From IMG/VR virus record IMGVR_UViG_2563366883_000018: a stretch of DNA of 18,760 bases; one strand, written 5' to 3'. Source of the DNA: a virus (taxonomy: Duplodnaviria > Heunggongvirae > Uroviricota > Caudoviricetes). The position numbers and the translations under genes are program-made. A model generated the notes under the pieces. The model was not told where the DNA came from and ran no database searches. It saw only the letters and a list, made by a program, of their open reading frames with translations. Below are positions 9,316 through 18,142 of the stretch, piece by piece (positions within the stretch are counted from its first letter, which is position 1; the number at the start of each line of letters is the position of its first letter).

Positions 9316-9522
9316 TCAGTCAACCACCAGGGAATAATCCTTCGAATTCTTATCGTGCTTCACCAACGCTGCCTCAATTGCCCTGAATGCTTCCAGAGAC
9401 ACCTGATGTTCTATACATGCAATTACAACATCCGGGTAACTCATAGAAATGGTGCTATTAAGCATATTTTTTACACGAATCAGATCCAACGAGAGTTCAT
9501 CAGCAGATTGTTCTTTATTCAT
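9316..9522 (-). CDS. Hypothetical prophage protein, 68 aa
   Basis: ORF track 9316..9522(-); ATG start with upstream GGAG at 7-nt spacing; lies between nohA and ydfO, where K-12 Qin has ynfO, but I cannot confirm identity. Confidence 0.45.
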   Translation of the reverse strand: MNKEQSADELSLDLIRVKNMLNSTISMSYPDVVIACIEHQVSLEAFRAIEAALVKHDKNSKDYSLVVD

Positions 9523-9822
9523 TTTGTCGCTCCATGCGTTTGCTCGTCATCTAGCGGTTAAAATATTACTTCAAATCTTACTGCATAAAAGAGGAAAAGT
9601 ATGAAAGTTTGAGTACATCGACCTTACATACATCTGTCGGTTGCATATCCCTCCTGGATGCCAGCAAGGCTCAATTTTGTTACGCAATCAACACTATTCA
9701 TTAAAAACAGGCTTAATATTTGACATAAATCATCAACAAAACACAAAGAGGTCAGACCAGATTGAAACAATAAACACGATAATGCTAACTACGCGCCATC
9801 GTATCACATGGAAGGTTTACCA

Positions 9823-10254
9823 ATGGCTCAGGCTGCCATTTTTAAAGAAATATTCGATCAAGTGCGTAAAGATTTAAACTGTGAATTATTTTATTCTGAG
9901 CTAAAACGTCACAATGTCTCACTTTATATTTACTATTTAGCCACAGATAATATTCACATTGTGTTAGAAAACGACAACATAGTGTTAGTAAAAGGACTCA
10001 AAAAGGTTGTAAATGTTAAATTCTCCAGAAACAAACATCTTATAGAGACCTCCTATAATAAGTTGTAATCAAAAGAAATCACATTTCAACAATACAGGGA
10101 AAATCTTGCTAAAGCAGGAGTTTTCCGATGGGTTACAAATATCCAGGAACACCAAAGATATTACTATGCCTTTGATAACTCATTACTATTTACTGAAAGC
10201 ATCCAGAAAATTACTGAAAGCATCCAGAAAACTACACAGATCTTACCACGCTAA
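9823..10254 (+). pseudogene. ydfO: YdfO-like (DUF1398-type) prophage gene interrupted by an in-frame TAA at 10066-10068, with an in-frame 21-bp tandem duplication near the 3' end
   Basis: ATG at 9823 preceded by GGAAGG; the frame is continuous from 9823 to TAA at 10252-10254 except for the single stop; the segment after the stop reads ...[44 protein letters not shown]..., which looks like genuine protein sequence. Confidence 0.65.
10190..10231. repeat. Perfect 21-bp tandem duplication (TTACTGAAAGCATCCAGAAAA x2), in frame within ydfO ([14 protein letters not shown])
   Basis: Read directly from sequence. Confidence 0.9.
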
Positions 10255-10405
10255 ACCATAACGTCTGGCTTCTCTCACTCCTGAGCCGGACTGCATTGGT
10301 TTAATAAAAACCATCAACAATTGTGATTTAGATATTCGGAACCATTCAAATATAACAAAACCCCGTAAAAACGAGGTTTATGGATAAATTTTATTATTGA
10401 ATACA

Positions 10406-10579
10406 TCAGATTAAATTAATCTTGACATCATAGCTTTCAAGACCCGTCATTTTTTCCCGTGCGGTAAACTGAATACTGGTAACTTCTTTCCCGGTCTTTT
10501 TCTTAAGTTCAATAATTTTTTTTGTTATATATTCAGAAATATCTGCTTCTGCTTTTGTTTTTAAGTCTTCAATATTCAT
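10406..10579 (-). CDS. gnsB: GnsA/GnsB-family small protein, 57 aa (below the ORF-track threshold)
   Basis: Manual translation of the minus strand: MNIEDLKTKAEADISEYITKKIIELKKKTGKEVTSIQFTAREKMTGLESYDVKINLI; GAGG 5 nt upstream of the ATG; length and sequence fit recalled GnsB. Confidence 0.8.
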   Translation of the reverse strand: MNIEDLKTKAEADISEYITKKIIELKKKTGKEVTSIQFTAREKMTGLESYDVKINLI

Positions 10580-10750
10580 CATTTCCTCTTTTAGTCTGTT
10601 ATGACTTTCCAGTTACACAGTAAGTCGATTATATGGTGCAAACGTGTAAAAGATAAGATGAAACATCGCAATAATCAACATACGATAGTCTAAATTTTAC
10701 ACAAACAGACAAAGAGAATTTTCCTGAATTATCAATGCAATAGCATCAAA

Positions 10751-10981
10751 TCAACTCAAGAGCCTTATTGCTGCTTCCAGAATTTCTTCTGAAGTAACAT
10801 GTCGATCCGCGGCTACATAAATGACTTTATGATCTCCGGTCAGAGATGGAAACCCTGCGGCCATTACAGTAAGGTGTGTTTTTTCGCCATTTGGATATTC
10901 ACGCATGATGGTGTTAACTCCAGTCATCGCTGGCACTACCACTGCTGGTTCAGAGTTAAAAAAAACTATGATTTTTTTCAT
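10751..10981 (-). CDS. Hypothetical prophage protein, 76 aa, immediately upstream of gnsB (possibly ynfN/YmcE-like)
   Basis: ORF track 10751..11023(-); the internal ATG at 10981 (MKKIIVFF...) gives 76 aa; identity with ynfN not confirmed. Confidence 0.5.
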   Translation of the reverse strand: MKKIIVFFNSEPAVVVPAMTGVNTIMREYPNGEKTHLTVMAAGFPSLTGDHKVIYVAADRHVTSEEILEAAIRLLS

Positions 10982-11252
10982 GATGTTACCGTAGTATGTG
11001 AGTATCCATCGAATAGACACCAAGCAAAAAAGCTCCCGAAGGAGCCTTCATTTTCACTTTTTTAAATCCAACGACAGACGGCTGGCATTTAAGTATTGTG
11101 AAATATTATCAAATGTAATCATCATTGATTTACAAAAGATACATTTTGCCCCGAAAGGATTCATGTCAGAAACATCAAAAGATGATGTTCTATACTGGGA
11201 ACCATGACAACACGGGCATCTAAAGTGAATATGGTTTGTAATATTGTCTACC

Positions 11253-11465
11253 TCAAAGCGCCACTACATGAACAGCGGCAGGACCTTTAGGTCCGTTCTC
11301 AATACCAAATTCAACTTCCTGATTCTCAGTTAATGTTTTGAAATCGTTGCTCTGAATTGCTGAGAAATGGACAAACACATCTTTGCTGCCATCTTTCGGC
11401 GTGATGAAACCAAAACCTTTTTCAGGGTTAAACCATTTCACTAAACCAGTCATTTTGTTAGACAT
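11253..11465 (-). CDS. cspI: CspA-family cold-shock protein, 70 aa
   Basis: ORF track 11253..11465(-); [13 protein letters not shown]...KGFGFI...FVHFSA cold-shock domain with RNP1/RNP2 motifs; followed on the minus strand by a long AT-rich leader (11466 to about 11650). Confidence 0.93.
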   Translation of the reverse strand: MSNKMTGLVKWFNPEKGFGFITPKDGSKDVFVHFSAIQSNDFKTLTENQEVEFGIENGPKGPAAVHVVAL

Positions 11466-11826
11466 AATTATTACCTTTTGAAGAAATTAGCCCTTGGGCA
11501 GAATGGTCCGAAAAAAATATCAGAGAGAAAAACCAACAAGGAAATCTCAAGAGGTACAAATAATAAAATTATAACAATGACTGCTTCAGATAAATTTGTA
11601 ACAAACCAGAACACCATTAACGCATGATTAACCACCCATAGCAAGGATTACTTTTGTAAAGAAAAACACAGCAATGAAAGAATAGCTTTATTTATTAATA
11701 AAACGTGTCATTCTGATTAAGACCTTTTATCTTACCCTTAAGATTTCAGGAATTTTGGCTCATGGAAGAGTCCTTTTTATTCAAATTTTACATTCCGCGA
11801 TGTAAATGTTCCGATTTAATATTACC

Positions 11827-12850
<1,024 letters not shown>

Positions 12851-12854
<4 letters not shown>

Positions 12855-13162
12855 AGATATTTATGATGAGGACGCTCGTGCTTATTGGCAGGATTTTCAA
12901 TCTTAAAGGAGTACTGATGCTGCAGATAAGACTCAACTTTTTCTGACAATTTTTCTGCTACTTCCAGGAAGACTTGCCGGACGCTCCTTCTGGCTGCTGC
13001 CTCATAAAACTCCAGCGCAGCTCCTTCAACACGGTCCATGGCGACATCCAGGTCAAAAATTTCACCGTCAAAGCGTTCTTTGTCCTGTAAGGCTACAGTT
13101 ACCGTAACTTTATTCTCAAAATTACGGACTCCTTTCACAACCAGTTCATAGTCTTGAGTCAT
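12851..13162 (-). CDS. ydfR: Prophage protein of unknown function, 103 aa, between holin and endolysin
   Basis: ORF track 12851..13162(-); ATG start with GAGGAGAG 7 nt upstream; recalled YdfR. Confidence 0.8.
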
Positions 13163-13166
13163 TGGA

Positions 13167-13382
13167 TTACTCTCCTCTCGCAGCCTTACGCCTGTCTTCT
13201 TTAATCTTGAAATAAAGATTTGTCAGATACGTCAGCAGGCCAAAAACCAGGCTACCCAGCACACCGATTGCAGCCCACTGTGACGGAGTTACTTTATCGA
13301 GTAACTGCAATGCCCAGAAACCAGCATTACCCGCCGATGTGCCATAGGCAACACCTGTTGTTAACTTATCCATTGATTTCAT
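13167..13382 (-). CDS. essQ: Class II holin, phage-21 S-type pinholin, 71 aa, with dual-start motif MKSM
   Basis: ORF track 13167..13457(-); the internal ATG at 13382 gives [71 protein letters not shown], near-identical in pattern to recalled S21. Confidence 0.9.
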   Translation of the reverse strand: MKSMDKLTTGVAYGTSAGNAGFWALQLLDKVTPSQWAAIGVLGSLVFGLLTYLTNLYFKIKEDRRKAARGE

Positions 13383-13601
13383 ATCCTCACCCCGATGTAC
13401 ACGGATGGTGCAATATGTTTGAAAAGATCGGAGTCTACGGGGTAGTTTTGACAGCACACGTTGTTCTCAACGGCGCTAAAAAAACATACACATTAAAAAT
13501 ATGGGTAATTATTTTGAAAGAAAGTCATATATAAAATAATAATACGAGAAATGTTTTCATATTTAGTGTACTGTATACGGCCATTTATACAGGAAAAGCC
13601 T

Positions 13602-13772
13602 ATGTCAGAACGTAAAAACTCAAAATCACGCCGTAATTATCTCGTTAAATGTTCCTGCCCAAACTGCACCCAAGAGTCAGAACACAGTTTTTCAAGAGTA
13701 CAAAAAGGTGCCCTTTTGATCTGCCCTCATTGCAACAAAGTATTCCAGACAAATCTTAAAGCTGTAGCCTGA
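13602..13772 (+). CDS. Small zinc-ribbon protein, 56 aa (CPNC ... CPHC)
   Basis: ORF track 13551..13772(+); the internal ATG at 13602 is preceded by AGGAAAAG; two CxxC pairs; diverges from the late operon. Confidence 0.55.
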   Translation: MSERKNSKSRRNYLVKCSCPNCTQESEHSFSRVQKGALLICPHCNKVFQTNLKAVA

Positions 13773-13825
13773 TTGATTTTATTAGTAACAAGTATTTTTT
13801 ATATTTTAATAATATATTTAAAGCA

Positions 13826-13853
13826 GATAATAAAAAACCCGCCTGAGCGGGTT
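13826..13853 (-). terminator. Rho-independent terminator hairpin (stem AACCCGC/GCGGGTT, loop CTGA) with a strong T-run on the minus strand; weaker on the plus strand
   Basis: Minus strand reads AACCCGCTCAGGCGGGTTTTTTATT; about 280 nt downstream of the cspB stop and 60 nt downstream of the zinc-ribbon ORF. Confidence 0.55.
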
Positions 13854-14135
13854 TGAGATTGTGGTGCTTTTTGTGGGAGTCATCCACTTACGCACTTTGT
13901 TTTGCCATGCCAGCAGTTAGCTTCTGCTGTAAAACTATTCAGGCAGCAAACCTGCACTTCACCACAATGGTTAGCATACTTTTCCTGATTAAGATTTTGC
14001 CAAATATGCTAGCCATTGTTTCATGTATTGGACCTCCTTACTTTTTATTAAAGAGATCCAATATTCACTACTCTGTCCGTATCTCTACTCAGGCATCAGC
14101 CTTCTTCGTTATCGTATACAGACGAGCGATGAATT

Positions 14136-14351
14136 TTAATCAGTAATGATGACATTTGCTGCTGCAGGACCTTTAGCACCACTCTCTATAGAGAAGGTAA
14201 CCTTTTGACCTTCAAATAAGGTTCGATAATTATCATTCTGAATCGCAGAAAAATGCACAAACACATCTTTACTACCATCAACAGGAGAAATAAAGCCGAA
14301 ACCTTTATCAGCGTTAAACCATTTTACTAAACCAGTCATTTTATTTGACAT
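14136..14351 (-). CDS. cspB: CspA-family cold-shock protein, 71 aa
   Basis: ORF track 14136..14351(-); [21 protein letters not shown]... cold-shock domain. Confidence 0.93.
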   Translation of the reverse strand: MSNKMTGLVKWFNADKGFGFISPVDGSKDVFVHFSAIQNDNYRTLFEGQKVTFSIESGAKGPAAANVIITD

Positions 14352-14651
14352 TCTACATTCCTTAACTTGAGCCTTTCGGCATAAATGGTTTGCATAACAG
14401 AAACGACTTCGTACTTAATTGGAGAGACTCAAAGAAGGAATAAGTGAATAACACCTGAAATGAGAACTGCTTTAGTAAACTACTTCGTATATCGTCTGTT
14501 CTTCAAACCGACGCAATCATTAACGCATAGTTGAACATATGAAGCAATGTTTATTTTAGACATCCAGCCATCTTCAACCCCATCAAAAAACTATAGCTTT
14601 CTTCAGGAACGTGTGTATAGTGCGCCAAGTTATCAGTATTAAGGAATTTTT

Positions 14652-14864
14652 TTGTCCCGTAAAATGACAGGAATTGTCAAAACCTTTGACGGCAAAAGCG
14701 GCAAGGGCCTTATCACCCCATCCGATGGTCGTATCGATGTCCAGCTTCATGTTTCAGCGCTCAATCTCCGCGATGCAGAAGAAATTACCACCGGATTACG
14801 CGTGGAATTTTGCCGGATAAATGGTCTGCGTGGCCCTTCAGCTGCCAATGTTTACCTTTCATGA
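14652..14864 (+). CDS. cspF: CspA-family cold-shock-like protein, 70 aa, divergent from cspB
   Basis: ORF track 14652..14864(+); apparent TTG start (MSRKMTG...); cold-shock domain with a divergent RNP region. Confidence 0.85.
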
Positions 14865-14918
14865 GCTATATTAAAGCTTTAATTTCAGGCCCCATCGGAT
14901 CACACATGGAGAGTTTTT

Positions 14919-15008
14919 ATGAATAACCCCGTCTGTCTTGATGACTGGTTGATTGGCTTTAAAAGCTTATGCTGTACTTTGGCCGTAATAGCTCTGCTAA
15001 TAATATAA
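14919..15008 (+). CDS. Candidate small hydrophobic protein, 29 aa ([29 protein letters not shown])
   Basis: ATG at 14919 preceded by GGAGAG at 5-nt spacing; hydrophobic C-terminal half; no homology known to me. Confidence 0.25.
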
Positions 15009-15156
15009 TAAGCAGACTCATTGTGTTTAGGGACATTGTACTGGAAGAAAACATTTTAAACATCAGGCAAATAACCAAGTCACCAGCTAAATAATAAGTT
15101 AACAGACATGAGTCCCGGGATGAGATTCAACATTACCATTGCCCCATTTAAAGCAC

Positions 15157-15192
15157 AAAACCCGCTCATCAGCGGGTTTTCTACTTTTTCTT
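15157..15192. terminator. Bidirectional rho-independent terminator (stem AACCCGCT/AGCGGGTT, loop CATC) between convergent cspF and quuQ; on the minus strand a candidate tR'
   Basis: Plus strand hairpin followed by TTTTCTACTTTTTC; minus strand hairpin followed by TTTTGTGCTTT. Confidence 0.6.
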
Positions 15193-15225
15193 AGCGTCGG
15201 GTATACAAAGCCCATCGTTGAAAAA

Positions 15226-15254
15226 ATTTTATCCATATTTTTTGAAAAATGCAA
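15226..15254 (-). promoter_or_regulatory. Candidate Q-dependent late promoter (pR'-like): -35 TTGCAT, 17-bp spacer, -10 TAAAAT on the minus strand
   Basis: Read from sequence; lies 32-60 nt downstream of the quuQ stop and about 40 nt upstream of the terminator hairpin. Confidence 0.4.
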
Positions 15255-15285
15255 ACATCATGTCGCCATCTTCAGCAAAAATCAT

Positions 15286-16038
15286 TTATCTCGTCACCTT
15301 CCTCAATTGCGCTTCCGCGTATGCTTCTTCCTGCCAGCACTTTGTTACCAGTTTACCAATGACGTCCGCATACCCCTTATACCACTGATAATCGGTCAGG
15401 TCTGGTACCAGCTTCTGGACATGACGTCGTGCCAGCGTGGTCGGTAAACGACTAAACCGGTTTCCATTACAACGCCCACAAATCTTATATACCGGTACGC
15501 CATGAAACCGGGTTCTTTTTTCATCCAGAACAATCCCTTTACCCTTACACCCTCTGCACGCTGTGCTGGCTTCGCCCTTACCATGGCAATGCTGACATAG
15601 TTCCTTCACCCATTCTTCCTTGATTACAGATTCCCCGCGTCTGTAGTGTTTCACCACTTCGCGCAATACATTATAAAATCCCGTACCTGAACAATGCTCA
15701 CAGCGAGCCTTACTTGCCGCAGACCTGGAGTAATCAGCAAAGGCAAAACTCACGAGGTAAGGAATAATCTGTAACCGGATTTCTTCACTCAATTTGTTCA
15801 ATGTCGGGTTATCCAGTGCCATCGCGTAATTTAGCAGGCCTTCAATCGCAAACTGAGGGTCCTGAACACCAACTTTTGCCAGAAATAAGGCCAACCCAAG
15901 TGGTGCTTTCGACTGCACCATCCCCTGCGCTGCCATTACATCCGTAATTGTTAAACAACCGGTGCCTGCCGCTGGAGCGTCATCGCTCAATTTTGGAGAT
16001 TTTGGGGAGTAATATTTTGGTAAGGCTTCAAGGTTCAT
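15286..16038 (-). CDS. quuQ: Late-gene antiterminator Q-like protein, 250 aa
   Basis: ORF track 15286..16068(-); the internal ATG at 16038 is preceded by GGAG and gives 250 aa; several CxxC pairs (CEHC, CQHC, CRGC, CGRC). Confidence 0.88.
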   Translation of the reverse strand: MNLEALPKYYSPKSPKLSDDAPAAGTGCLTITDVMAAQGMVQSKAPLGLALFLAKVGVQDPQFAIEGLLNYAMALDNPTLNKLSEEIRLQIIPYLVSFAFADYSRSAASKARCEHCSGTGFYNVLREVVKHYRRGESVIKEEWVKELCQHCHGKGEASTACRGCKGKGIVLDEKRTRFHGVPVYKICGRCNGNRFSRLPTTLARRHVQKLVPDLTDYQWYKGYADVIGKLVTKCWQEEAYAEAQLRKVTR

Positions 16039-16051
16039 GCTCGTTCTCCAC

Positions 16052-17101
16052 TTACGCCAGTACGCCAATTGCCAGCGCGCGATCGATAAAACGAAATATC
16101 AGCTCCAGTTGGGAGCCATACTTATCTTCAAATGCCACTGTATCCGTATGCAGCTCGTTGTGATGCTTTCTGCACAAAGGCAACACAAAGAGATCATGTG
16201 CTTTTGTTCCCATTCCGCCCTGCCCGTGACCAATCAGATGATGCGGATCGTCGGCTGGCATACCGCAGCAAGCACACGGCTGTGTCTTAACCCAACGTGT
16301 GTATTTCTCCTTAACCCAGCGGCGACGTTTAGGCAGCTTCATGAAAGATTCCGGAGACTCTGGATCAACGGTGATGCTTACCACCGTCTTTTCCTGTGGT
16401 GATTTTTGTTGCTGGTGGGCGTAAGGCAACGGTGCAAGATTTTTTGTGCGTTGTTTCAATATGCTGGTGGCGGTCTGCTCTCCCGGTACGATGTCGCTTT
16501 CGCGGTACACCGAGCAGATTTTTTCCGCTGGTAATCCCAGCGAACGACGCGATACAGCCTCAGGTAGTGCATCCACCACCTGATTGCAGACCGCCCACCA
16601 GGATAATTCAGCCAAAGATAATTCCCGCTCCTGCGTACCGCTTATTGCGTGACGGATGACGTCAATCACCCATGCTGTCAGATTTTGTTGAGCAAGCAGC
16701 TCCAGTGATTCCGATGTCTGGTCACGCAGTTGGTTGTCGCAGTGCCAGCACAACACCATTGCGCCGGTACCATAACGGTGAATGACTGTTTCAGTGTGAT
16801 GGTAATCGCCATTAGGCCACTGGCAGGATGTAACATGACGTAATAGCCAGTCGGACAATGCGCCAACGCCGCCAGCAGCACGAATCACCCGTTCGTTACT
16901 AAAAAACGGCAGCAATGTTTTGTCTTCCGCCAGCGGCTGGCGAACGGCAGGAACGACTCCGGATGGCAGATTACGCATGCTTTTTGGTTCCGGTTCCACC
17001 AGCACTCGAGGATTATGAAATATCTGTATGGATTCACGGCCCGGCTTAAGGACCACCAGCCCAAGCTCAGGCACCAGAACAGGTCTAAGTAATACCCGCA
17101 C
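16052..17101 (-). CDS. ydfU: DUF968-family prophage protein, 349 aa, with C-terminal Cys/His HNH-like motif
   Basis: ORF track 16052..17140(-); the GTG at 17101 gives the 349-aa length I recall for YdfU and sits 1 nt after the upstream ORF's stop; C-terminus CACCG...HHLIGHGQGGMGTKAHDLFVLPLCRKHHNELH. Confidence 0.8.
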   Translation of the reverse strand: MRVLLRPVLVPELGLVVLKPGRESIQIFHNPRVLVEPEPKSMRNLPSGVVPAVRQPLAEDKTLLPFFSNERVIRAAGGVGALSDWLLRHVTSCQWPNGDYHHTETVIHRYGTGAMVLCWHCDNQLRDQTSESLELLAQQNLTAWVIDVIRHAISGTQERELSLAELSWWAVCNQVVDALPEAVSRRSLGLPAEKICSVYRESDIVPGEQTATSILKQRTKNLAPLPYAHQQQKSPQEKTVVSITVDPESPESFMKLPKRRRWVKEKYTRWVKTQPCACCGMPADDPHHLIGHGQGGMGTKAHDLFVLPLCRKHHNELHTDTVAFEDKYGSQLELIFRFIDRALAIGVLA

Positions 17102-17102
17102 G

Positions 17103-17381
17103 TTACCTCCAGATCCGTTGCTGGAAAGTGCGGGACGCACGTGGTGGGCGTTCGGAATAAGGCAGCCTGACAGAGATTATCCAGTGCCGATAGTCGAGAC
17201 TGAGAGCTTTCTTAACCTCGAACCCGCGCCTGCGGTAAGAATGAATCAGCCATTCGGCCTGTTCTGCAGTGCATGGAGGGTGCTGGAACCATTCAGACTT
17301 GAATGCGTGAGAATACCGCCCGTGCGTGCAGGCAAGAACGGGCGAATTATCAGAATTGTAATATTTTGCGTTGCGTGCCAT
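17103..17381 (-). CDS. Hypothetical prophage protein, 92 aa
   Basis: ORF track 17103..17381(-); ATG start with GGAG 8 nt upstream; stop abuts the ydfU start. Confidence 0.6.
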   Translation of the reverse strand: MARNAKYYNSDNSPVLACTHGRYSHAFKSEWFQHPPCTAEQAEWLIHSYRRRGFEVKKALSLDYRHWIISVRLPYSERPPRASRTFQQRIWR

Positions 17382-17447
17382 CGGTTTTCTCCGGTGGCAC
17401 GGTGTTACTCAGCGGGAGTTCAGCCCCGCGCAAGATTGTAGATGAGT

Positions 17448-17699
17448 TTATTCTCCTGAAAAAGCAGAAAAGCCAGCTTTTATTCCGATCTCTTTCAATG
17501 CCTGTAATGAAGTGACAAACTCACCTTCGCGCAAGATAAATCCGTCCGTGACCCGAGCATCCACAAAATTAATTAACGCAGCCCCATTCTTTCGCAAACA
17601 CATAATGCGGTAATGACTAACAAGATTTCCATTTTCAACGCACACAGCATAGAGGCCATCTTCACAAAAAATTTTACGCAGTTCTTCGATGTTCATCAT
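17448..17699 (-). CDS. Hypothetical prophage protein, 83 aa (position and length fit K-12 rem, sequence identity not verified)
   Basis: ORF track 17448..17699(-); begins MMNIEEL... Confidence 0.6.
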   Translation of the reverse strand: MMNIEELRKIFCEDGLYAVCVENGNLVSHYRIMCLRKNGAALINFVDARVTDGFILREGEFVTSLQALKEIGIKAGFSAFSGE

Positions 17700-17814
17700 C
17701 AGAATCCTTCCGGATAATTAGCTCTCCCCTTTAAGGGACCATCCCTCTTATCCCTGCGCGCTACTTAAGTATTTTTGATTCTATTCCGGCACCGTCCAGA
17801 ACTTCAAACGCGTT

Positions 17815-17847
17815 GAAAATAAAAACAAAAACCCGCCGAAGCGGGTT
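17815..17847 (-). terminator. Rho-independent terminator of the relB-relE-hokD operon (stem AACCCGC/GCGGGTT, loop CGAA, then a long T-run on the minus strand)
   Basis: Minus strand reads AACCCGCTTCGGCGGGTTTTTGTTTTTATTTT, about 70 nt downstream of the hokD stop. Confidence 0.65.
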
Positions 17848-17915
17848 AAGTGCGGGTGCGTTGAGGATGCCTGCCACATCAGAGGTGGCGAGGGATTTCT
17901 CCCCCGCCGGGTCTC

Positions 17916-18071
17916 TTACTCCTCAGGTTCGTAAGCTGTGAAGACAGCGACCTCCGTCTGGCCGGTTCGGATTCGTACCTCGCAGAGGTCTTTCCTCGTT
18001 ACCAGTGCCGTCACTATGACGGTTAAACAGATGACGATCAGGGCGATTAACATCGCCTTTTGCTGCTTCAT
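17916..18071 (-). CDS. hokD: Hok-family type I toxin, 51 aa (below the ORF-track threshold)
   Basis: Manual translation of the minus strand: MKQQKAMLIALIVICLTVIVTALVTRKDLCEVRIRTGQTEVAVFTAYEPEE. Confidence 0.9.
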   Translation of the reverse strand: MKQQKAMLIALIVICLTVIVTALVTRKDLCEVRIRTGQTEVAVFTAYEPEE

Positions 18072-18142
18072 AGCCTGCTTCTCCTGTCAACGCAAAGCAG
18101 AAGTGTCACCTTCGGTGCGAAACAGAGATGTCATGCTTTGGT

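Noticed and set aside
13853-14146. Plus-strand ORF 13853..14146 (97 aa) between the terminator and cspB
   Set aside because: Starts inside the terminator hairpin, has no SD, hydrophobic low-complexity translation; it overlaps the region better explained as the cspB 3' region on the other strand.
16037-17441. Plus-strand ORFs 16037..16402, 16396..16659 and 17028..17441 antisense to ydfU and the 92-aa ORF
   Set aside because: Antisense to conserved-looking minus-strand genes; no start context.
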